Below are positions 48,101-60,865 of a DNA stretch of 64,000 bases, piece after piece. Origin of the DNA: Marsupella aquatica (lineage: Eukaryota; Plantae; Marchantiophyta). The stretch is from positions 28,649,145 through 28,713,144 of the forward strand of contig OZ316891.1 in the NCBI GenBank assembly GCA_973895155.1. The letters run 5' to 3'. The notes beneath the pieces are model-generated. The model did not search any database. It saw nothing but the letters and a program-made list of their open reading frames with translations, and was not told the DNA's origin. Position 1 is the first letter of the stretch, and each line of letters starts with the position of its first letter. The translations under genes and the position numbers were made by a program.

Positions 48101-49769
48101 TCAGCAGACTCTGCATGCCTGGTTGCTGCATCGGCAAGTCTTCCTTCCTGGGCCTAAACACCTGCTCGATCGTAGGACTAACAGGTGGTTGAGGCTTCTC
48201 AGCCAACGGCCTCGGCGTTGGAGCTTCCTCGGGTGCCCTTACCTGCAGGGGAAGTACCGGGGCAAAAGTCTGACCTCTGGCATACCGGCACAACAGCGGC
48301 ATGTGATAGCCAAGCCGCGACACGCTCCCCATGCCGATTACCTGTTGCTCCTCCTTTAAGATCTTCTTCAATTGGTTGAGGAGGTACCCGTTGTAGTCCC
48401 GGCTTGGGTCTGGCCTTTCTGCCAGATAGACCTCGGCAAGTTACAATGCATGGTCACCCGCAAGAAGTCGATCATCTCTCCTATGTGCGGGTTGGTGCAG
48501 GTGTTCCGGAAGAAGCCATTCTTCGTTGATGGCCCGGGGAACGACCGGAACTCCTTGTCAGGCAAGGTCTTCCTGGTATCAACTTTGGTCTTATTGCCTA
48601 TCGGCAGGCCAAACACTTCGGCAATTACCTTGGGAGTAAGATAGAAATCCTTCCCATATATCCTCGTGCAATTGGTCTCGGGTTCCCATGACCCCACGAA
48701 TTCTAATAGGTCTGACTCCGGTACCTCCGGCTTCAGCCATGGTAATCTTACAAAGGCCTCCAAGCCGGATCCGGCCATGAAGCCTTGGTACTTCTTGGTC
48801 TGCATGGCCGTAAAGCATGCATCCTCCTCCCGTGCAAAATGTAGTTGCACCTCCACCGGTAGGGTTGCCGCCCAGCCCTTCCAGGTGTCATCCCTGGTTG
48901 GAATGGCCTTCATGGGATCGACCTCCTCCTCTTCGGCTTCTCCCTGCCTCCTGCTCTGCTGCTCGGCTGGCTTCTTTGGTGCCGCCGACCTCGTTCTTTT
49001 TGCCGGGCTGGCTTCATCGTTGACGGCTCCCTTCCTCTTCATCTCTGCTGCCGTGGAGGTTTCTCCTAGCACCGTTGCCTGGGTCCACCTTTCCGTGCTA
49101 CCCTTTAATTCCCAGTGTATGTCGTTGCAGTTCTTGATGGCCTCTCGGATGCCGACGACGCTGTCTTTGCAAAACAGAAGATCGTCGAGTTGATTGGAAG
49201 TAGGCGTCCACAGGAACTCGTCCTTGATGAGTTCGCCTCCTAAGAAAGCCGTCTTCTGCAGCTCCCACAATCGATCGAGCTCCTGCCGTTCTCGAGCTGC
49301 CCTTTCTGACTCCTCGTCCTCGTAAGTCTTGATGTACTCAGTTGCCCGTTCGAACAGGCATCCCCAGAAATGTGCCGCTTGATTGACGTTGCTCATACCC
49401 TCCTTAGGTCGATCGTTGGTATCTACTCTCTCCCCGAGTGCTTGCCTAAGCAGCTGACAGTAGTTGGCCTCCCGTAGTCGTCTGCCTAGTTCGTGCTCGC
49501 AAATGAGCCACCATCTCCTGCAAGCGCTCCTTACCCCTCTCCTCTGCCGGTCCTTCTTCCCGTTGATCCTTCCTAGCCGCCGACGCTTAACGCGCCCTAA
49601 CCCTAATCGGGTTTTCACCCTCAGCCTTACCTCCGGCCTCTGCCCGGGTTCCATGGTTGCCCCTAATTGTTTATATTTTCCTTGTTTTGTCACTATACTA
49701 AGGTGTTCCTAGGGTGCCTTCCTGCTTTACCCACTTAACCGGCCGAGTGATTCCTGTCTAGGCATCACA
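45111..49769 (-). mobile_element. Family-1 solo LTR copy 1d (4659 bp), nested in copy 1c
   Basis: TSD GCAGT at 45106-45110 and 49770-49774; complete termini. Confidence 0.96.
46023..49654 (-). pseudogene. Family-1 LTR protein in copy 1d
   Basis: ORFs 48368-49693, 47187-48371 and 46023-47159. A 22-nt deletion between CCT microhomologies at ~48433 and two stops near 47167-47189. Confidence 0.88.
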
Positions 49770-50300
49770 GCAGTTCTTGATGGCCTCTCGGATGCCGACG
49801 ACGCTGTCTTTGCAAAACAGAAGATCGTCGAGTTGATTGGAAGTAGGCGTCCACAGGAACTCGTCCTTGATGAGTTCGCCTCCTAAGAAAGCCGTCTTCT
49901 GCAGCTCCCACAATCGAGCGAGCTTCTGCCGTTCTCGAGCTGCCCTTTCTGATTCCTCATCCTCGTAAGTCTTGATGTACTCAGTTGCCCGTTCGAACAG
50001 GCATCCCCAGAAATGTGCCGCTTGATTGACGTTGCTCATACCCTCCTTAGGTCGATCGTCGGTATCTACTCTCTCCCCGAGTGCTTGCTTAAGCAGCTGA
50101 CAGTAGTTGGCCTCCCGTAGTCGTCTGCCTAGTTCGTGCTCGCAAATGAGCCACCATCTCCTGCAAGCGCTCCTTACCCCTCTCCTCTGCCGGTCCTTCT
50201 TCCCGTTGATCCTTCCTAGCCGCCGACGCTTAACGCGCCCTAACCCTAATCGAGTTTTCACCCTTAGCGTCCTTACCTCCGGCCTCGGCCCGGGTTCCAT
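49770..50300 (-). CDS. Family-1 LTR protein in copy 1c, N-terminal part
   Basis: ATG 115 nt inside the LTR (alternative start MSNV at 50039); joins 45110 in frame. Confidence 0.8.
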
Positions 50301-50420
50301 GGTTGCCCCTAATGGTTTATATTTTCCTTGTTTTGTCCCTATACTAAGGTGTTCCTAGGGTGCCTTCCTGCTTTACCCACTTAACTGGCCGAGTGATTCC
50401 TGTCTAGGCATCACAGGGAC

Positions 50421-51125
50421 AAACCCTGGCATGGGTAAGTTGGCAGAATCAGGTAGTGATGCAGCAAGGATGATAGGTACCCTCCTGGGGGTGGCTACTG
50501 CCATAGTATGCACCCCATTATTTTCAGCGACAAACATGCTGAACTTGGGAGTTGGTCTTGCAAAAGTATTCAGATTGGCAGCTACACTCTGTGAGGACAC
50601 TCCAGTGGTTGCTTCCCATGCAGAAGCAGCTTGCAGTGTTGAAGCAGTGAAGACCATGCCACTAGTGAGACATGGCATGCAACAGCAGCGAGGTTGGTGG
50701 ATTTACCAGCACGCCCTGCATTTGAGAGGACTAGGTTTAAACCTAGTGTTGTGTCATTGGATAATCAGAGTGGTATCTTCCGATTAGTTGGGCCTTCTGG
50801 GGCAATATACTAGCCAGCGAGTGTTACTGGATACTGGTGCTCAGCCCTTGATGTTGGGTAAGTCTACCATACATGGATTGGGATTGCGTCCAGAGGATTT
50901 GGAGGATTGTCCCTTTCCCATTCAGACTTCATTGGGGGTACCTACGCCTACACAACACATTACCAGGAGACCTCTTGATTTGAGGATTCAAGAAGGTCAT
51001 ACCACAGATAGCTCACAAATACAGGCGCAAGCTATTCTGACTAAGGTAGAGTCATATGATGTGTTGGTGGGATGTACAGTGCTCTACCCCATGGGATTAA
51101 TTTATTCTTGATTTTTGGGAGGAAT
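50421..51125 (+). pseudogene. Aspartic protease region of the host gypsy element
   Basis: RVLLDTGAQPLMLGK...SYDVLVG; continues 31223-31846. Confidence 0.8.
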
Positions 51126-52329
51126 TGTGATGCCTAGCCAGGAATCACTCGGCTAGTTAAGTGGGTAAGCAGGAGTACACCCTAGAAACACCTTAGTATA
51201 AGGACAAAACAAGGAAAATATAAACAATTAGGGGCGACTATGGAACCCGGGCCAAGGCCGGAGGTAAGGACGCTGGGGGTGAAAACAAGATTAGGGTTGG
51301 GCGCGCTAAGCATCGGCGGCTAGGAAAGATCAATGGGAGAAAGGACCGGAAGAGGAGAGGGGTAAGGAGCGCTTGCAGGAGATGGTGGCTCATTTGCGAG
51401 CACGAACTAGGCAGACGACTACGGGAGGCCAACTACTGTCAGCTACTTAGGCAAGCACGCGGGGTGGGAATAGATACCAACAATCGACTCAAGGAGGGTA
51501 TGAGCAACGTCAATCAAGCGGCACATTTCTGGGGATGCCTATTCAAACGGGCAACTGAGTACATCAAGACTTACGAGGACGAAGAATCAGAAAGGGCAGC
51601 TCGAGAACGACAGGAGCTCGCTCGATTGTGGGAGCTGCAGAAGACGGCTTTCTTAGGAGGCAAACTCATCAACGCCGAGTTCTTGTGGACTCCTACTTCC
51701 AATCAGCTCGACGATCTTCTGTTTTGTGAAGACAGAATCATCGGCATTTGAGAGGCCATCAAGAACTGCAACGACATACACTGGGAATTGAAGGGTAGCA
51801 CGGAAAGGTGGACCCCGGCAACGGTGCTAGGAGAAACCTCCACGGCAGCAGAGATGAAGAGGAAGGGAGCCGTCAACGATGAAGCCACCCCGGAAAAAAG
51901 AACGAGGTCGGCGGCACCAAGAAAGCCAGCTGAGCAGCAGAGCAGGAGGCAGGGAGAAGCCGAAGAGGAGGAGGACGATCCCATCAATGCCATTCCAACC
52001 AGGGATGACACCTGGAACGGCTGGGCGGCAACCCTACCGGTGGAGGTGCAACTACATTTTGCACGGGAGGAGGATGCATGCTTTACGGCCATGCAGACCA
52101 AGAAGTACCAAGGCTTCATGGCCGGATCCGGCTTAGAGGCCTTTGTAAGATTACCATGGCTGAAGCCGGAGGTACCGGATTCAGACCTATTAGAATTCGT
52201 GGGGTCATGGGAACCCGAGACCAATTGCACGAGGATATATGGGAAGGATTTCTATCTTAGTCCCAAGGTGATTGCCGAAGTGTTTGGCTTGCCGATAGGT
52301 AATAAGACCAAAGTTGATACCAGGAAGAC

Positions 52330-54628
52330 TGTGACGCCAATGACATGGTCCTTATTTTGTAATCTGATTAAGTAGGTTGCTGTATGCAAGGAGTAGCTAT
52401 TGATATTGCATAACAATTAGCAAGATGGCAAGAATAAGGGCAATCATGGCGTTAAGAGTAGGGAAATAAAAGCTATGTCGCAGGTGGTCGGTGACCATAT
52501 CTCTTTCAATATGTCACCAAATCCGAATCTGTAAAGAGCATTGGAAAGATCTGGTCAAGGCGAGTAAAATCGATATAAAACACTCGGGAAACAGAGGTGT
52601 ATTAAGAAAGATACGGCCTGATTAGTGTGACGGGTTAACTTGTGGCCGGAATTAGCGGATTCGGCTTCAGTTTCGGGTTAACCCAAGCTCGACCACGACT
52701 TAGCTTATGTGAGCACGGCTTCAGCTTAGCTCAGGTCAGCACGGCTTCAGCTTAGCTTAGGTAAGCACGGCTTCAGCTTATCTCAGGTAAGAACGGCTTC
52801 AGCTTAGCTCAGGTCAGCACGACTTCAGCTTAGCTCAGGTCAGCGCGGCCTCAGGTCACCCGGCTTACCTATGCTACCCGGCTTACCTATGCTACCCGGC
52901 TATCCTATCTAACCCGAGTAGAGCTAGGTTAGCCAAACTCGGGTTAGCTATGTAACTTGGGTTAGCGCAGCAGTGAGTACCCCCTCTCGGTTGCGGGGGC
53001 ATAACTCTCTATGTATTTGATCAAATCGGCTATAATTGACCTCGTTGGAAAGAGGAGCTCAAGCCGCTTCCAACGCTGCTATCCACGCAGAAAATGGTTA
53101 AATAGAGAAATCGGGAGAGGAGGCGCAAGCTCGCGAAAACCATGGAGGAGGGCCGAATCCGAAGTACATAGCCAATTCGAGATAGAAATAAAGTTGCGAG
53201 TTAGGGTTCAGTAGTTAGAGATAGTGGTGGCTCTGTTAGGGCTGGGATGGGGCTCCAGCAGCGTAGTATCCACCCATTTGGGCTCAGTATGAGAGAGTAT
53301 ATAGAGCATCCCTCCGGTAGAGGCAGGGGGGGACTTCAGTTGTGTGATCTCACTTAGACTGAGTAGCGGGGAGGAGCTCTGTGCAAGCAAGGCTGGACTT
53401 GGACGCTGCGTGTTGGGGAGAGCTTGGTTGTGCTATTACTCAGGGAGTAATCAGCCAAGCTTCACAGCAACGGGTTGCTAGGTTTGCGAGCTGGATTGTG
53501 GCTCTTTCTAGTGGGCAGCACAACTGGGTTCTTTTCCCCCGATACAGAGCCTTGGTGATAGGTGATGTATTGGTGATTGTAAACTGTGGGGAGGATTTCA
53601 ATTCGATTTGCGGTGGGCACATTAGGGAGGCTGAGGTACTGATTAAGGGGCAGCAGGAGGAGCATTTACAGTTCAGTCTGGCAAGGCTACGTGATCCATG
53701 GGGAGTCTCGGCCTTTGTCTGGTGGAGAGCACTAAGGGATCTATGGCCAGAGCTGAGCTTGCAGGGCAAGCGTGAGGCCGGGCCTCATTGCAGTCTGGGA
53801 TAGATCGCCGTTAGGCCTGGTACCAGCTTTGAAGTCGAGTCAACTGTGCATGCGTAACTTGACGTTCTGAATTGGAGGTGTGAGATCTGTATGTGCCCCC
53901 AAGAATGAAGTGCAGTGAAGGAGGTTGAGTTCAGGATTGAGCTTGCATGGCAAGCACGGGGCTTGCAGGGCAAGCACGTCACAATCTGGAGGAGACAGCC
54001 TTCGGCCCTAGTGTTCGGATCAAGTGTTCTCAGTGAACTATTGTGCACATCTTTGAATCTAATTGAGTTTTCCTCTCAGGCCTCATTTCTCTCATGGATG
54101 TGTGTGTGTGTGAGGCAATCTGAGTGTATGATGGAACTAGCAGCGCCACTGAGAGGTGTACCGGGTGCATTGAAGCGGGCTGGGTGAGGACTGTCATAGC
54201 TCTGATTGTTGAGAGTGGAATGGCAGAGTGGTGGGGCAATGGCTTAGAAGTCCCTAAGCCGGGAATCAGTCAGGAGTCACTGGTTTATGGGTACATTCCG
54301 GCAGCGGAATAGAAACATACCTATGACAGTAAGCATATGTATAGACCTATGCGCACCGTAGCGCTAGGCCCTGTGTGTACGGGCCCGATATGAAGACCCC
54401 TTCTCACCAGAACTATCATGAGCGCAGATCTGATCCCCAACCTTGGTTCCTTGGGATTGAGCTTGGGTGATGTGTGATAGAGTCTTGCTATGATAGTCTG
54501 GTGTTAAGGGCATAAACTGGTGTTTACCGGCATTCACAACATCCCTTCGTGATCCTCAGGTACAAGGAGATGGTTTTGGCACCCATAGTGACGTTTTTGG
54601 TGTTAAGACCCATGTCAATCGCGTGACA
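52330..54628. mobile_element. Solo LTR of an unrelated, non-coding family (2299 bp)
   Basis: TGTGACGC...GCGTGACA termini; TSD AAGAC at 52325-52329 and 54629-54633. Confidence 0.92.
52713..52915 (+). repeat. Tandem repeats inside the solo LTR
   Basis: Five 26-bp units GCACGGCTTCAGCTTAGCTCAGGTCA (52713-52842), then about three 18-bp units CCCGGCTTACCTATGCTA. Confidence 0.9.
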
Positions 54629-56918
54629 AAGACCTTGCCTGACAAGGAGTTCCGGTCGTTCCCCGGGCCATCAATGAAGAATGGCTTCTTCCGGAACACC
54701 TGCACCAACCCGCACATAGGAGAGATGATCGACTTCTTGCGGGTGATCATGCATTGTAACTTGCCGAGGGCAGAGATCAGCAAGGCACAGGTCTATCTGG
54801 CAGAGAGGCCAGACCCAAGCCGGGACTACAATGGGTACCTCCTCAACCAATTGAAGAAGATCTTAAAGGAGGAGCAGCAGGTAATCGGCATGGGGAGCGT
54901 GTCGCGGCTTGGCTATCACATGCCGCTGTTGTGCCGGTATGCCAGAGGTCAGACCTTTGCCCCAGTACTTCCCCTGCAGGTAAGGGCACTCAAGGAAGCC
55001 CCAGCACCAAGGCCGGTAGCAGAGAAGCCTCAACCACCTGTTAGCCCTACGATCGAGTAGGTGTTTAGGCCAAGGACGGAGGACTTGCCGATGCAGCAAC
55101 CAGGCATGCAGAATCTACTAAAACTACTGGAGAAAGAGAAGAGATCGGCATCGGCAATGACAACGGTAACGGCAACAATGCAGGTCACTACCCCAGAGGT
55201 CAACCTAAGCAGAATCAGGCCAGAATCCAAGCCGGGTGTTCGAATGTACGTGGGAGTCTCAAGCTCTGAATCTGAGCAGAATTGCCTGAAGCTCCTACCG
55301 ACGAAGAAGAGAGGGAGAAGCCGGAAATCCAAGAAGTAGAGGAGGCAGTGGAGGACTGCAGCCATGATAACTCCGGCTATGGGTCGGACCATCACGTTCC
55401 AGGAGTAAGGACCTGTGGCCGGTTTATCCCCACACTTCCAAGGGTAGTACGAGGGGACCCCAACCAGCAGAGTAGCCCTGAGTCTCCCCCACCAGATGTT
55501 GCTCCCCCGAGCTTTGACGGCATAAAACAGACGGCGCAGGAATTTCAGGAGCGAATCAGGCAAGAAGAGAAGGCAGTCCTGGCCAGGGAAAGGGATTTGC
55601 CAGGAGGAGATTGGCCGGAGGACATCAGGCGGCTAGCCGAAAAAGGAAGCAAACCTCTAGCCACGATTGAAGAGATCCGCAAGACGGCTTGGGAGCAGAG
55701 GCCGCGATGGGCGATGCCGATCACTTCTACCTACTCCACCTACGCTAAGAATAGAGCCATGGAGTATGGTGAGATGTGTGGGGAACTTGCGCTCGGCATC
55801 TTTGGGGAGGAGTTGGAGGTTGGACCCTTTTTCCATAGGGAGCAGTTGGAGAAGAACCAATTAGAAGAAGCGGTGGCTTTAGAGAGAAGCAAGAAGGACG
55901 AGGTCATCCGGCGGCTTAGGAGGATGGAAGCCAAGATTGAAGATCTAAAGGCGGCCAAGAAAGCCCAAGATGAACTGAGGATTAAGCGGCATGAGCTGAA
56001 CATCATGCAGGGGCAGTTGGACACAGCGCAGGCTGATAATCAGATTATCAAGGATAAACTGACTCAGACCCAGGGAGAATTGGCCGACGCAATCAAGGAC
56101 AGGGAGAAATGGAAGAAGGAGCTGAGAAACGCAGAGGAGGCCCATATAGCAGTCAACAACCGGGTCACGGCGGAGACTCAGAGAAGGGAGAGGGCGTTGA
56201 AGGGGGAGCTCGAGAAAATCCGTGGAGTCCTTGAGCAGAAGGAGGCCGAGTTAGGAAATCCTATCAAGGGATTATTGCACTACAGCAGGAGCTTGCGTCC
56301 CTGATGGCCAACTTCAAGGCCGACCTGCGGGAGAAGGACGCCCAGCTCGACCAGACTTATGCCAAGATGAATAACATGGAGTCTGAGGTCGTAGCGGAGC
56401 TCGACAAGGAGCTAAGAGCAACACGGGAGGAGAGGGCTACCTTGAAGAAAGAACTGGAGGAAGCCCACAGGGAACGGGAGGAAGCCCAGAAGGAACTAGA
56501 GGAGGCGCGCAAGGACCTGGATGAGACCCAGGAGGAGTTGGAGGAACTCACGAGGAAGATGGAGAACCTACAGCGGCGGGCCGACAACCAAACAGAGCGG
56601 CTGAAGAAACAAGCCGCAGTATTTAAGTGCTTGTCTTCATCAGGCCCAACTCCAATTGGGGCAACCAAGTTACCAGGAGTGGTACTGGCCGAAGAACAAG
56701 CCGCGCCACCTGCACCAGTGACGGAAGTAAGTGGGAAGGGGAAGGGACCAGCTGCCGAACTAGAAAAGAAGAAGAAGCGGAAACCTTCAGGGTCAAGGAG
56801 TAATACGACTCCACTGGCCGTGGTGACCAAGGAGGTAGACCCAGCACCAACCTCCGGCATGAACACGTCAATAGATTCCGCTATCACCAAAGGTGGGGAT
56901 GGCGCGGCCCAAGCCAGA

Positions 56919-59900
56919 TGTAGCAAGGTGATAAAGAGATAAATGACTATTTATTCCTTAACAACTCGATTTTGTTCCGGTTAGGAGTGGATAAGATCGA
57001 AAAGACCTAATTAACACAATTTGAGAAGTTTACACCAATATTCTTAGGTTGGAGAGATTTCTAATGATCTTCTTAACATAAGTGTTTAACCACAAACTCA
57101 AGTGGGTAATCCTTAGGATTCAATAATAAAGACTAGAATTAACAAAGATTGAAACTAGAGAGAGAGTAGATAGGAGTTTTCAAAGTGCAAGGGAATTGAA
57201 TTTCTGACCATCACCACTCCTTCAATAAGGATTATGGCCTAATTTAAGATTCAGAAATCAACATTTTCTATGCTTTTTGATTTCTCGTAGCAACTCTTCT
57301 CCATCTCTTGAATTTAGAAGATATGAACGTAAATCAACCCGGGATACTTTTCTGGTCCTGTTGAGGACGGTACTAGGATACTCGAATTGGCTTACTTCTC
57401 CTACAATCCTTAAGATTGCTTTGTTGAGTTTTGTGCAAATGTCAATTTCCTCTTTGGTGAATCTTCCAAATGTATTGGTCACAAATCTCATTGATCTTCC
57501 AATATCATTATAGGCACACTCTAGCATTCATTGAACATTTCACAACAACTCAAGGGTTGCTAAACTTCTTCCTTTTACTCAACCATGGTAAAAAGAAGGG
57601 AAGAAAGACAGATTCCTTCAAAGGCAATGAGGAAATCAAAATGTATGTTTTCTCTCTCTCGGTTGACTTTGGGTTCTTCTCCTTTTGTACTAAAAGTGGA
57701 GATTATGAAAAGACATGTCTCTTCAAAACCCAAGTCTAAAGAAGTATGTAAATAAAAGTAAACTATCCTAGTCAAAAATAGAGTAGAGACTACAATGGAT
57801 ACATCAACAAAATACTGGAGTCTACTTACTCATATACTAGTCTACATAGCCATTTCTAAGTCTAAACTAATGTGGCTCTAACTCTCTAAATATGACTCTA
57901 TTCTGATCCTAGCTTTTGGGAAGGAACCTCCTCAGGATTAGCCATGGCAAGGGGTTCTGGTCGAAGGAAAACTCCTTGCTGGCCAGTGGTAAAACGGATG
58001 GACGGGTCAATATCCATGTTCTCCTGATGGGCACTTGGGTCATGAGAATAGGTGTAAGAATGGGAGTGGAAGTGTGTACTGGGAGTGGGGAAACCAGGAG
58101 GGTTGAGGGGTGATGAGGGGCCAGTGGAATAGACTCCTTCATGAGGACTAGGAGAGAAAGATCTGGTAGTAAAGGGAGGAATCTCAGTATCAGCTAATAG
58201 CTCCTCTGTAGTCAAGTCACTCATCTCCCTTAAGGCTTCACAGGTCTTTGAGAGGCCTGTAAGTGCATCATCCACCTTGGTACTCACATCTACCACTAAA
58301 TGGTTAATCTTGGAGAAAAGGATGGGTGTGGTGTTCTTGGCCAAATACTCATCATAAATTTGGGCCTTAAGAAGATCCAGAGAAGCTATCTTAGTCAAAG
58401 ACTCAATCAGATCCAAAGATTGAGTGATACTGAGTTGGAGAGTATGCTCAAGCTCATTCTTCGTCTTACTCCTTTCCAACTGCTGTTTGAGTTCAGATAC
58501 CTTCTTCTTGAGGAACTCATTCTCCTTCTCCAACTTCTTCTTATCTGTGGCATCACTCATGGTGGAGATCTTCTCAAGAATCTGCCCTGGTTTCACTCCT
58601 AGCTTCTGCGAAATGTCGGTGATGACCTTCTCCATCACAGTGGTCTTCCTCTTCACCTTCTGGAACGTGTCTGAGATGATCTGGAAATCAGCTAGGGTGT
58701 CTTGGGAGGCATGGCCGGGTGCATCCGGACATTCAGCCGGGTCGACGAAGGCCGGGTCGGAAAAGTCCGGGTCGAGGTTCCGGGCAGCAGACCGGGTCTT
58801 TTGAGGATTTGTCTCTGCTGGTTCCTCATCCTCACTGTCATCAGAGGTGGCCTAGGTGATATCTGGATCTGTCTCTCCATACTTGATGAAGTTGTACTTG
58901 GCCAATAGTAATTTCTTCTTCTCTCTGAACAAAACTCCTTCAAAGCTATATAGATGTACCAGGTAGCAGGAGAGGGGAGTAGGACTCTTGTTGGATAGTA
59001 TCTGTACCAACTTCCTTATCAAATCAAAGATAAGCTTAGCCCAGTTGACTTTTCTTTCTCCCTTGTAAGCAGCAACAATGGTAGAGCCAACTCCAACAGT
59101 AACTCTTCTTGGCTTCTCAGGGTACAGCAGGGGTAGCAGAAAGCTGAAGACTCGTCTCAGATCAGGATCCAAACATTTAGAAACATTGAACCCGTCCTTA
59201 CTGTTGATGGCTCCTTTGAAGTAAGGAAGGATTAGGTTGACAGCTCTTCCCACTGGACCTTCTCCTTCATCTTCCAATACAAAAGCTCCTGCAATCATCA
59301 TCTGAGTCCATCGCTCAGGTCGGCCTCTAGAGGTATCCTTAAACTCAGCCGGATACTCCTTAGATCGGATCTCTCTGATCATATCTTCGCTCTGATAACT
59401 CCAAGGTAGCTCCATCAAAGACTCACAGCCCATCCTGAGCAAAGACTCCCTCAGTTTGACCTTCTCAGCTTCACTGTCCGGAATAGCTGGCCTCAGAATT
59501 TTCATGGCAATAGGGACCTCCTTTCTCTTCGATCGTCTCACAGGGGCTTTAACCGGAGTAGGTGCAGGTGATGTTGAGGTTGAATGCCCCTTAGAGACGC
59601 GAGAAGTGGACATTCCGGCTGGATCCGTCCCTTGCTCCATAGGACTTATAGAAGCAGAAAATGGATTCCAAATAAATGGCCTGCCTCCTCGTCGGCGAGC
59701 TCTACAATGCTGTGACTTCAGAATGGTCAATCTCTTCGGTGTCGACCAATGGTAGAAATGTCCGGGTCGACCTGGCTACGGCGTTTTTGATCAACTGACA
59801 AGAGCTTCTGGAAACGTTGATCAAGATCCCGTCAATAAAAATTCAGGTGCATCGAACGTGGGGCAAAGATAGACTCAAACGGGCCTGCAATGTGGATGTC

Positions 59901-60509
59901 CGGATCGACCTGGACTTCATTCTCATCACCGATATATGCACGATCAGAATCTCAAAATTCCTGCCTTCACTCCCAGCGGCGGAGTAGGCATTCCCCTTAC
60001 AATGAATCAGTCAGTACCCTCATATCCAGGCTCTCATCAAGAAATTCAAGATTGGTCCTATAATCCGGACCCAAGATCCTCTACCAAAAGGGTAGAGCCT
60101 CCTCACTCTACTGCTTTAACAGCCTAATGCGCTCGGGAACTCAAAACCTACGAAGTTCGGCTTTGAGAGGTGTGAGAGGCCGGATCGACTCTCCTTCCTT
60201 ATATCCGGATTCTGCTGTGGTCGTGCCTGTGTTTGACTTATGGTTTTAAAAACTTTGGCAATGGACAGCTGTTGTTGAGTAGAGTCTCGGTATAAGCTTT
60301 ATATCTCATTCCAGGTTTATAACAAAAAGGTCCGGGTCGATCCTCCTTCTCTAATATCAACCCGGGTTGACCTCAGATGGGCTTGAAAGTCTCATAACAC
60401 TTCATAGTAGTCTTCAGGTCCCTCTTTAGCCTCATTTGAGATCTTAAACTTAAAAATTCAAAAATTTATGGCTAATTAACCCTTCCTTCATAAACATCCT
60501 TATCTCACA
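56919..60509 (-). mobile_element. Family-2 solo LTR copy 2b (3591 bp), protein-coding
   Basis: TSD CCAGA at 56914-56918 and 60510-60514; - strand termini TGTGAGATA...GCTACA resemble LTR 2a. Confidence 0.94.
57898..59640 (-). pseudogene. LTR-encoded protein, family 2 (~580 aa, one in-frame TAG)
   Basis: ORFs 58852-59730 and 57898-58656 are in frame with an open linker; homologous to 29124-30845. Confidence 0.87.
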
Positions 60510-60865
60510 CCAGACTACTCAATAATGAGGCCGGTATCCCAGATCCACCTCTTGAGCAGGCCGGGGAGACAGTGGCTGAAGTCGAGGCTGAGGCCGTAGC
60601 CGAGAATGATTCCCGAGCCGATGCCGAAGCCGAGGGTGGGCCCAGTCATGCCGAAAACTTGACTCGGTCAGAGGCAGGTAATCTGTCAGAGGACGGACCA
60701 ACGGTAGTGGTTGCAGAGGAAGCATTGGGGGCGTGCATTGGGGGCGTCCATTGAGGATCCACCACCGGTGTCGTGACGGTGCAAGGGCGCCGTTCCTTTT
60801 AGGAAAGGCGGACGTGGAGGTAGGAGGCGTGAGTGGGCAGGGCGAGCGCTAATCTCCAAGTTTAG

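Larger units (their letters stand above)
31847..50415 (-). mobile_element. Family-1 solo LTR copy 1c (4662 bp net) with two nested insertions
   Basis: TSD GGGAC at 31842-31846 and 50416-50420; family-1 termini; no PBS or PPT alongside. Confidence 0.95.
51126..60865 (+). mobile_element. Family-1 LTR copy 1f (+), split by three insertions; 3' end outside the window
   Basis: Starts TGTGATGCC at 51126. Pieces 51126-52329, 54629-56918 and 60510-60865 are colinear with the family-1 LTR; ORF remnants at 51464-52329 and 54629-56918. Confidence 0.92.

Noticed and set aside
45111-49769. 4.7-kb unit as a TIR DNA transposon with its own transposase
   Set aside because: It has only short imperfect inverted ends and 5-bp TSDs, I see no DDE motif, and the same unit flanks gag-pol with a PBS and PPT.
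51110-51125. GGGAGGAA before LTR 1f as a PPT
   Set aside because: It is protease-region coding sequence (DFWEE) of the host element, and no integrase lies upstream.
52713-52842. CRISPR-like 26-bp repeats
   Set aside because: Head-to-tail with no unique spacers, eukaryotic context and no cas genes.
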